From NCBI GenBank assembly GCA_964535855.1, contig CAZHVH010000041.1:1-14259 (forward strand): DNA of 14,259 nt. Reading direction: 5' to 3'. Both the position numbers and the translations under genes were made by a program. This DNA is from an uncultured bacterium. Lineage in GTDB: Bacteria > Poribacteria > WGA-4E > B28-G17. Position 1 is the first letter of the stretch, and every line of letters begins with the position of its first letter. A model generated the notes under the pieces. It was given only the letters and a program-made list of their open reading frames with translations. It had not been told where the DNA came from and made no database searches. Shown in pieces: positions 8,214-14,259 of this stretch.

Positions 8214-10061
8214 ATGCCCAACCTCTTCGCATACGGAATGCTCATGAACGACTCCATAACCAGACGCGTCACGGGAAAGGTTTTCCCGAAAAAGAGGGCC
8301 ATACTTGAGAATTACGAGAAGATAATGCCCGGAACAGGATACTCCTATATCCTTCCAAAAGTTGGTTCCACCGTGGAGGGATATATACTGTATGGGATCG
8401 ACGAGGAGACCATAACGAAGATAGATCGATACGAGGCGGAGGGAGACCTATATGACCGGAAGGAGGTGGAGGTGATCGTTCAAGGCCGACGTGAGAGGGC
8501 CTATGCCTATGTGGGAAACCTGCACGGACTGAACAAATTCTTCGGACCCGAGGTCTACACGGATGTGAGGATCAAGGAGTATCTCGAGAGGAAGCTGAAG
8601 GATCTGACCGACCTGGAGGATCAGGAGAGCACAGATCTCGTCCACAGGGCAAAGGCCGAGCTGCTGGGCGATAAGATAGAGGCGCTCATCTCAGCCCATT
8701 TTCGAAGATCTGCCGATCTGAGATATCTGATAGATAAGATCCTCTACAAGCCCTCCCTCCCGACCTTAGAGGGCGTCAAATCCGATCCGGAGGCATTGAG
8801 GTACGCCAACGCCTATATCAAATTGATGGTCAAGCACGTGATCTTCAACCAGCTTGAACGTATGATCAACAATGCCTTCGCCGGCGAGATCACCGTGAAT
8901 CCTAAATTCCATGAGAGAACGCTCTCCAATCTCGTCGCTCTCATATTTATGAACAGAAAAAGCATTGCCGTGGAGAAGATCATGGAGGCGATCGGGGCTA
9001 ACAGGCTGAGCATGGATAAGGATTATCTGGAATATACGGTGATGGGAATCAGGATAGCCGATATGATCTTCGACCCGATGGAGATCAAGGAGATCATCGA
9101 ATGGGTGAGAGGGCACAGGCATCCGGGCAGAGTTCCCCTCGGTGCTGAAATCGAAATGAGCGATATAGGGGCGAGGGCCGTTGATGCGCTGCCGGGAGAG
9201 GACAACAGATATGATAGCTTCTACTACTTCAACGACTTCGATCTGCTACATAGATGCTGGAAACTCGGAGGACATGTGGACGATCATTCAGGCGTGGAGG
9301 AGCCTGAAGGACGAACGAGGGGATTCTTCGAGTATTCACTGGGGAAGATCGGCACGATAGGCGATTTCTCCAAGCCGGTCACAGACGATCCATGGGTGTT
9401 GAACCAGTTGATAAATCAAGCCGTGCTCTTCGCTGACATCCTGCCCCACAGCTTCCATATCACCCTCGACGCTCAAGGCGAACCGGATATGTCACGCTCC
9501 AGCGATCCGGAGCTTCTGATCTGCCTGTTGCTTCTGTGTGGCGATATAGAGCCGGATAAAGGCGGACATCTTCATGAAAACAGGATCTGCAATTGTGAGA
9601 TAATCGATAAATACGGCAGATTACACTTCAGCGATGAAAACGTCCACTTCGCCTCGGAGGAAGACAAAGAGGAGGGGTTCATAGGGCGGTCAAGGAGAGC
9701 GAACCTGATCGAATACAAGTTCATGAGGCTCAAGAGCAATCATAACTACGAGCCCTTCATCCTAGCCTTAAAGGGGTTCCAGCTCGGATACAACCCCAGA
9801 CCTTTGGGCTCCACTTTCAGATCCTTGGATGAGTTCAAATTCCCCGAGATCGAGGCTCTAAGGGAATGGGCGGAAAGACCTCAACCTCTGTCTAGATCCA
9901 TCCTGATGGAATTCCTTCGGCTGGTGAGAGAAGGGCTGATGAGGGAGAACGAGGGGAAACCTGCCCATCCGATCGATTACATAGAGTATAACCTCAAAAA
10001 GATCGAGAGGAAATTAGACGAGGTGAATGAACTGATAAAATCGAGCGGAAGGAGGGGATAA
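8214..10061 (+). CDS. Large uncharacterised protein: N-terminal gamma-glutamyl cyclotransferase-like domain (YtfP/AIG2/GGACT family, residues 1-105) plus a C-terminal region of about 510 aa of unknown fold with a Cys cluster
   Basis: The N-terminus aligns block-for-block with E. coli YtfP. MPNLFAYGML matches MRIFVYGSL, ENYE matches DNYQ, GSTVEGYILYGIDEETITKIDRYE matches GTVHGEVYRIDNATLAELDALR, and EAEGDLYDRKEVEV matches the catalytic-Glu block GGEYARQLIQ. The remainder has no motif I recognise: no Walker A, no nuclease and no kinase signature. A Cys/His patch, ICLLLLCGDIEPDKGGHLHENRICNCEI, sits at residues 437-461. The start is 4 nt after the upstream stop, and the stop overlaps the argC start as TAATG. 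Confidence 0.6.
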   Translation: MPNLFAYGMLMNDSITRRVTGKVFPKKRAILENYEKIMPGTGYSYILPKVGSTVEGYILYGIDEETITKIDRYEAEGDLYDRKEVEVIVQGRRERAYAYVGNLHGLNKFFGPEVYTDVRIKEYLERKLKDLTDLEDQESTDLVHRAKAELLGDKIEALISAHFRRSADLRYLIDKILYKPSLPTLEGVKSDPEALRYANAYIKLMVKHVIFNQLERMINNAFAGEITVNPKFHERTLSNLVALIFMNRKSIAVEKIMEAIGANRLSMDKDYLEYTVMGIRIADMIFDPMEIKEIIEWVRGHRHPGRVPLGAEIEMSDIGARAVDALPGEDNRYDSFYYFNDFDLLHRCWKLGGHVDDHSGVEEPEGRTRGFFEYSLGKIGTIGDFSKPVTDDPWVLNQLINQAVLFADILPHSFHITLDAQGEPDMSRSSDPELLICLLLLCGDIEPDKGGHLHENRICNCEIIDKYGRLHFSDENVHFASEEDKEEGFIGRSRRANLIEYKFMRLKSNHNYEPFILALKGFQLGYNPRPLGSTFRSLDEFKFPEIEALREWAERPQPLSRSILMEFLRLVREGLMRENEGKPAHPIDYIEYNLKKIERKLDEVNELIKSSGRRG

Positions 10062-11107
10062 TGGTTAAGGTGGGAATCGTCGGGGCGTCGGGATATACCA
10101 GCAGTGAGCTGCTAAGGTTTCTACTGTCACATCCCGAAGAGGTCAAAATCGAGATACTCACCTCTCAGACCTATGCCGGAGAGCGGATCGATAAGGTCAT
10201 ACCCAATCTTCGGGGATTCATGGATCTCCGCTTCGAGAGATTTGATCCCGATGAGGTCGCATCCAGATGCGATATAGTCTTCCTTGCCCTTCCCCACAAA
10301 GTCGCCATGCAGTTCGCCCCGCCACTTCTGGAGAGAGGGGTGAGGGTGATAGACTTCAGCGCGGACTACAGGCTGAAGGACGTAAAAACATACGAGAGAT
10401 GGTATGGCGTCGAACACACATCTCCTCATCTGATTAAGAGGGCGGTCTACGGATTGCCCGAGTTACACAGGGAGGAGATAAAGGATGCGCGCCTCGTCGC
10501 CAACCCCGGATGCTATCCCACGGGCGCTATACTGGCCGCCGCCCCCCTGATGAGGCGCGAGGGGATCGTGGATAGATCTCTCGTGATAGTCGACGCCAAA
10601 ACCGGAATCTCAGGGGCGGGCAGGAAACCCTCCGACAGAACGCACTATCCTTCCCGGACGGAGAACTTCGAGCCCTATAACGTTATGGCGCACAGACACT
10701 CGCCGGAGATGGAACAGGAACTGAGCCTTATCGCCTCAGAACAAGTCCTCGTGGCCTTTACACCACATCTGGTGCCGATGAGCAGGGGTATACTGAGCAC
10801 CCTCTACTTCAGGATGACCGGGGCTGTTTCCACGAAAGAGCTGCTGGAAATCTATAGGGAATTTTACAGATCGGAGCCGTTCATCAGGGTGCTGGATAAG
10901 GGCGAGCTTCCATCGACGAAGGCGGTCTACGGGAGCAACTTCTGCGACATAGCCGTCCTAGCGGATGAACGGACGGGCACCGTGGTCGTCATGTCGGCCA
11001 TAGATAACCTCGTGAAGGGCGCCTCAGGTCAGGCGTTGCAGAACATGAACCTGATGTGTGGGTTCGATGAGAGGGCGGGGCTCAACCTAGCCCCTCTGAT
11101 GCCGTAG
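10061..11107 (+). CDS. argC: N-acetyl-gamma-glutamyl-phosphate reductase (an ArgC/LysY-type semialdehyde dehydrogenase)
   Basis: Conserved blocks are MVKVGIVGASGYTSSELLRFL, the active-site Cys in LVANPGCYPTGAILA, TGISGAGRK, HRHSPEMEQEL, FTPHLVPMSRG and AIDNLVKGASGQALQNMNLMCGF. A GGAGGGG Shine-Dalgarno lies upstream. Confidence 0.92.
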   Translation: MVKVGIVGASGYTSSELLRFLLSHPEEVKIEILTSQTYAGERIDKVIPNLRGFMDLRFERFDPDEVASRCDIVFLALPHKVAMQFAPPLLERGVRVIDFSADYRLKDVKTYERWYGVEHTSPHLIKRAVYGLPELHREEIKDARLVANPGCYPTGAILAAAPLMRREGIVDRSLVIVDAKTGISGAGRKPSDRTHYPSRTENFEPYNVMAHRHSPEMEQELSLIASEQVLVAFTPHLVPMSRGILSTLYFRMTGAVSTKELLEIYREFYRSEPFIRVLDKGELPSTKAVYGSNFCDIAVLADERTGTVVVMSAIDNLVKGASGQALQNMNLMCGFDERAGLNLAPLMP

Positions 11108-11684
11108 ACGTCCTTATCACGCGTTCCTCCGTTATGATCACATCCATTCGTATATCCCAATCCTCGTTCGGTACCTTATCGACGATCTGGAATTCATATG
11201 CCAGCCCCACAAAAAGCGCGTTCGAACACAGCGGTAGGAATCTATCGTAATATCCTCCCCCGTATCCGATCCTATATCCTCTCGGATCAAATCCCACGCC
11301 GGGAACCACGACGACATCTATCAAGCTGGGATCGACCCGCTGTCCCTTCTCCCTCGAGGGCTCAGGTATGCTGTATTCGCCATCCACTAGATCATCGGGG
11401 ATCCTGTTCACCGTGTAGGGCAGGATTCTCCTCTGAGCTCTATCGACCACCGGGGCACAGACCATCTTGCCCATCCTCAGAAGCTCCCTGCCCAGCTCGT
11501 AGGTATCCACCTCGTTCCTTACGCTGATGTAGATCATCACCACGTTGAATCCCTGCTCCTCCGTTAGCTCGATGAACCTGTATCGTATCTTGGAGCTCCT
11601 CCCGATCACCTCATCAGGGCTAAGCGCCCTGCATTTCCTCAGTATTCGCCTGCGCAGTTTATCTTTTGCTTCGGCTGAACCCAT
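11082..11684 (-). CDS. 5-formyltetrahydrofolate cyclo-ligase (MTHFS family)
   Basis: KDKLRRRILRKCRALSPDE...VVMIYISVRNEVDT...IDVVVVPGVGFDPRGYRIGYGGGYYDRFL is the characteristic glycine-rich C-terminal block of the family. An AGGAGG Shine-Dalgarno lies 10 nt upstream of the ATG at 11684. Its 3' end overlaps the argC 3' end by 26 nt, in convergent orientation. Confidence 0.85.
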   Translation of the reverse strand: MGSAEAKDKLRRRILRKCRALSPDEVIGRSSKIRYRFIELTEEQGFNVVMIYISVRNEVDTYELGRELLRMGKMVCAPVVDRAQRRILPYTVNRIPDDLVDGEYSIPEPSREKGQRVDPSLIDVVVVPGVGFDPRGYRIGYGGGYYDRFLPLCSNALFVGLAYEFQIVDKVPNEDWDIRMDVIITEERVIRTSTASEGLG

Positions 11685-12225
11685 GATGTCCGAGCCTCCT
11701 ACCGACGTTCCAGTACTCTCCTAGAACGAAGACCAGCGGGTTAAGCTTCCCGGGAATGATTCCCCCTCTCTCGTCGAGCACCTCCTCATCGACGTGTATG
11801 GCGACCACCTCACCCATGAAGAAGTCGTGATATCCTATCGGCTGGACGGATTTCAACACACATTCGACGTTGATGGGGCACTCCTTTATCAGGGGCGGTT
11901 TGACTACGGAGGCGGGCAGAGGCGTCAGGCCGAACCTATCGAATTTATCCACATCTCTGCCTGAAACGCACCCGCATCCGTCCACCTTCTCCGCCAGATC
12001 GGCCGTCGGGAAGTTCACGACGAATTCTTTCGTCCTTCTTATCAGGCCGTTTGAGTATCTTTCAGGGGCTATGGCAAGCATCATCATCGTCGGGTTGGCG
12101 ATACACGGATGTGCTACCTCGGCCAGGGTGATTATGTTCGGCCTGCCCTCCTCGTCAACGCACGTGATGAGGGCGGCAGGGGTCGGATAAACTATTCGCC
12201 TCGGCGACATCCTGACCTTGCTCAC
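11659..12225 (-). CDS. Flavin reductase-like (FMN-binding split-barrel, HpaC/NADH:flavin oxidoreductase family) protein
   Basis: YPTPAALITCVDEEGRPNIITLAEV...MMMLAIAPERYSNGLIRRTKEFVVNF matches the Flavin_Reduct domain pattern. The start is GTG at 12225, with AGGAGG 6 nt upstream. The in-frame ATG at 12210 is the alternative. It overlaps the downstream 5-FCL start by 26 nt. Confidence 0.75.
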   Translation of the reverse strand: MSKVRMSPRRIVYPTPAALITCVDEEGRPNIITLAEVAHPCIANPTMMMLAIAPERYSNGLIRRTKEFVVNFPTADLAEKVDGCGCVSGRDVDKFDRFGLTPLPASVVKPPLIKECPINVECVLKSVQPIGYHDFFMGEVVAIHVDEEVLDERGGIIPGKLNPLVFVLGEYWNVGRRLGHHGFSRSKR

Positions 12226-12235
12226 ACCACACCTC

Positions 12236-13474
12236 CTATGCCCTGCTTTTTGTTGATAGCCCCTCGCTCACCTTTCTGATAGCCCTTGCTATATCGGCTA
12301 TATCCTCCTCGTTCATGAACTCGTTTACGGATATGGTGATAAGCCTGTCGAGGACCGACTCGGCGACGGGGCATAATCCCTCGGTGTATTCGACCTTAGC
12401 TGAGGTATACCTGCAGTTGAAAGGGCAGTCCGAATCGCCGTAGATCTTCTTATTCCTCACCGCCTCGTGACACAGAAAGATGGGTTTGCCGATATAATGC
12501 GCCCCGGCCGGTATGCCCTCGGCGGAGAGGGCTTTCGCGAACTGACTGGCGGTGAAAGGTGCATCTTCATCGACGACCATCCCGTAGTACCAATACACGC
12601 ATCGACACCCATCCAAAACCCTCTGCGGCTTGACACCCCCGACATCCGATATCATCTCGCTGAGCATGTCTCCGAGCCTGTTCCTGGTCTCGGTCACCCA
12701 CTTGACCTTCCTCAATTGCGCGATTCCGACGGCGGCCTGTAGCTCCGTCATCCTGTAATTCATCCCGAACATGGCGTAATGCCTGGGCCCTGAGACCCAT
12801 CTCTCCCATCCCTTATCGACGAAGATCGCCCCGCGGTCACCGTATTCGTCGTTATCGGTTATCGTCATTCCCCCGTCGCCGGTTATCATATGCTTGCTCT
12901 GTTGGAAGCTGAAACAGCCTATATCCCCTATGGTGCCGGTCAGCTTGCCCTTATATGAGGCCAGATGAGCCTGGGCGCTGTCTTCCACGAGAGCGATCCC
13001 ATGTCTACGCGCAACCCGGAGAAGTCCGTCCATGTCGGATGGGTTTCCGAAGAGGTGAATCGCTATGATCGCCTTCGTTTTCGGGGTGATCTTACGTTCG
13101 ACGTCGTCGGGGTCGAGGTTGAAGGTATCCGGCTGGATATCGGCGAAGACCGGTATGGCGTTTTGGGCGAGGATAGGTATAACCGTCCCTATATCCGTTA
13201 TCGGCCCGGTTATAACCTCATCGCCGGGGTTGAGGTTCAGCATCGCCATCGCCACGTGTATCGCAGCCGTGCCGGATGTGCTGGATACGGCCCTTTTGAC
13301 GCCGTAAAGCTGGGCGAACTTCTCCTCGAACTCCCTGACCCTCGCCCCTCGGAAGAGGTTGCCGGAATCTATCACCTTCCTCAGCTCCTCGAGTTCCTCA
13401 TCTCCCACCTTCTTGACGGGTGGAAACGGCCTGTCCCTTACAGGTTTGCCACCGTCTATGGCCAGCTTTTCCAT
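12236..13474 (-). CDS. DegT/DnrJ/EryC1/StrS-family PLP-dependent aminotransferase (keto-sugar or inosose aminotransferase-like)
   Basis: SSTSGTAAIHVAMAM, DEVITGP, ALVEDSAQAHLA, and the PLP-lysine block DIGCFSFQQSKHMITGDGG are present. The C-terminal half is DegT-typical (AQLRKV...). A GGGGAGAGAGAG Shine-Dalgarno lies upstream of the ATG at 13474. Confidence 0.85.
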   Translation of the reverse strand: MEKLAIDGGKPVRDRPFPPVKKVGDEELEELRKVIDSGNLFRGARVREFEEKFAQLYGVKRAVSSTSGTAAIHVAMAMLNLNPGDEVITGPITDIGTVIPILAQNAIPVFADIQPDTFNLDPDDVERKITPKTKAIIAIHLFGNPSDMDGLLRVARRHGIALVEDSAQAHLASYKGKLTGTIGDIGCFSFQQSKHMITGDGGMTITDNDEYGDRGAIFVDKGWERWVSGPRHYAMFGMNYRMTELQAAVGIAQLRKVKWVTETRNRLGDMLSEMISDVGGVKPQRVLDGCRCVYWYYGMVVDEDAPFTASQFAKALSAEGIPAGAHYIGKPIFLCHEAVRNKKIYGDSDCPFNCRYTSAKVEYTEGLCPVAESVLDRLITISVNEFMNEEDIADIARAIRKVSEGLSTKSRA

Positions 13475-13511
13475 CTCTCTCTCCCCTTTGATAGAAGATT
13501 GACAACTCTAG

Positions 13512-13540
13512 ATTATAGATGAATCACCTCGCTTAGTCAA
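13512..13540 (-). promoter_or_regulatory. Sigma70-type promoter for the minus-strand aminotransferase operon: -35 TTGACT (13535-13540), 17-nt spacer, -10 TATAAT (13512-17)
   Basis: The reverse complement reads TTGACTaagcgaggtgattcatcTATAAT, a perfect -10 box with a 17-nt spacer. The predicted TSS is about 30 nt upstream of the ATG at 13474. Confidence 0.55.
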
Positions 13541-13576
13541 CGTCCGGGGTGAGCCAAGATCGACCCACGATTTCCG

Positions 13577-13605
13577 TTGACAAGGAAAGAGAGATACGTT
13601 ATATT
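13577..13605 (+). promoter_or_regulatory. Sigma70-type promoter for the LamG-like gene: -35 TTGACA (13577-82), 17-nt spacer, -10 TATATT (13600-05)
   Basis: TTGACAaggaaagagagatacgtTATATT. An AAGGGGGT Shine-Dalgarno at 13631-38 lies 7 nt before the ATG at 13646. It diverges from the minus-strand promoter 37 bp away. Confidence 0.55.
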
Positions 13606-13645
13606 TATCTCGTCATTCGGATATTCTAAAAAGGGGGTAGCGAGG

Positions 13646-14259
13646 ATGATAACAAGGATATCTATGGTATGTATGAGCCTGGTGGTCGTCGGCTTGCTCT
13701 TTGCAAGCTCTGGTTACGCCAAGATAGACCCTGGAACCGTCGTCGGTTTATGGCTGTTCGACGAGGGAAAGGGCAAGACGGTTGAGGATATGTCCGGAAA
13801 CGGAAACGACGGAACGCTTATGGGCAATCCCAAGTGGATCGACGGCAAATTCGGAAAGGCGCTGGAGCTGGATGGCGATGGCGATTACGTCGACTGCGGC
13901 AACGCCGACAGTCTAACCATGGAAAACGAGATAACGGTCATGTTCTGGGTCAAGACCAAGAAGAAGATGGCAGACATGTGGGCCGACAGGCAGGTGATAG
14001 TTGGAAAACACTACCTCGAATATGAGGTTGGGATCTACCCGCAGGGCCAGATCCATACATATACCAATGACGGCACCGGCGGCGGTTATGACGAGGGAAT
14101 CATGGCCTCCATGGTCGAGGAGCTGGGGGAGAACGATTGGGCGCTTAACAAATGGTATCACATAGCCTGGACCCTTGAAGGCAACCACGAGGTCGCCTAT
14201 GTGAATGGGGTGAAGATAGGAGAGCACAACAAAGCGCATAAGGGTACCAAAAGGCTAAC
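13646..14259 (+). CDS. Secreted concanavalin-A-like lectin/glucanase-fold (LamG-like jelly-roll) domain protein, 3'-truncated by the window end
   Basis: My own translation from the ATG at 13646 gives MITRISMVCMSLVVVGLLFASSGYA|KIDPGTVVGLWLFDEGKGKTVEDMSGNGNDGTLMGNPKWIDGKFGKALELDGDGDYVDCGNADSLTMENEITVMFWVK...WYHIAWTLEGNHEVAYVNGV. It has a Sec signal peptide, then the classic LamG_3 pattern W.FDEG.G....D.SGNGN.G.L.G...W..G..G.AL.LDG.GDYV. The ORF track lacks it because no stop codon falls before 14259. Confidence 0.75.
   Translation, partial: MITRISMVCMSLVVVGLLFASSGYAKIDPGTVVGLWLFDEGKGKTVEDMSGNGNDGTLMGNPKWIDGKFGKALELDGDGDYVDCGNADSLTMENEITVMFWVKTKKKMADMWADRQVIVGKHYLEYEVGIYPQGQIHTYTNDGTGGGYDEGIMASMVEELGENDWALNKWYHIAWTLEGNHEVAYVNGVKIGEHNKAHKGTKRL

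Noticed and set aside
7311-10061. Possibility that ORF8/ORF9 are an anti-phage defence cassette
   Set aside because: I found no nuclease, ATPase (Walker A), TIR, SIR2 or nucleotidyltransferase motifs, and no mobile-element or integrase context. The genes are embedded in a housekeeping polycistron, so a metabolic or modification role looks more likely. I could not exclude defence by eye.
11198-13522. Plus-strand ORFs 11198-11527, 11870-12190, 12467-12742, 12965-13522 and 13065-13307, plus minus-strand 12457-12645 and 12567-12809
   Set aside because: They are antisense or out-of-frame shadows within the 5-FCL, flavin reductase and DegT genes. They are Pro/Arg/Gly-rich, with no ribosome binding sites.
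13913-14239. Minus-strand 108-aa ORF at the window end
   Set aside because: It is antisense to the much better supported LamG-like gene, which has a signal peptide, domain motifs, a promoter and a ribosome binding site.
1-14259. tRNA/rRNA genes, CRISPR arrays, IS elements and long direct or inverted repeats
   Set aside because: Only about 390 bp of the window is non-coding. I saw no cloverleaf-compatible segments, no repeat-spacer periodicity and no transposase or integrase-like ORFs.

Overview
This 14.3 kb window is a densely packed, almost entirely coding bacterial segment of roughly 55% GC. It uses Shine-Dalgarno sites of the AGGAGG/GGGAG type and near-consensus sigma70-style promoters. 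Ten co-directional genes on the + strand run from 218 to 11107, and nine of their ten junctions are overlaps or gaps of 13 nt or less. Their products, in order: a FAH-family hydrolase; a D-2-hydroxyacid dehydrogenase; adenylosuccinate lyase (purB); a coiled-coil diguanylate cyclase with an AGDEF variant motif; a membrane-anchored SPFH/stomatin protein; a cold-shock-domain protein with an unusual C-terminal extension; GpsA; two uncharacterised proteins; and ArgC. A convergent three-gene operon on the - strand (11082-13474) encodes a DegT-family aminotransferase, a flavin reductase-like protein and 5-formyltetrahydrofolate cyclo-ligase. It is separated by a 170-bp divergent-promoter region from a truncated gene for a secreted LamG-like lectin-fold protein, which the ORF track misses because it runs off the window end. 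I found no tRNA or rRNA genes, CRISPR arrays, integrases or transposases. The best candidate for something undescribed is the translationally coupled pair at 7311-10061, wedged between gpsA and argC. The first protein is cytoplasmic and FGE-sulfatase-like, with no Cys at the position of the FGE copper-binding pair. The second is 615 aa, with an N-terminal YtfP/AIG2-type gamma-glutamyl cyclotransferase domain and a C-terminal region of about 500 aa that I cannot assign. Second is the cold-shock protein at 5457-6263. Its C-terminus reads like one, possibly two, Hfq/Sm-like motifs, which would make it a CSD-Hfq fusion. All domain calls are motif recognition by eye; none is a database hit.
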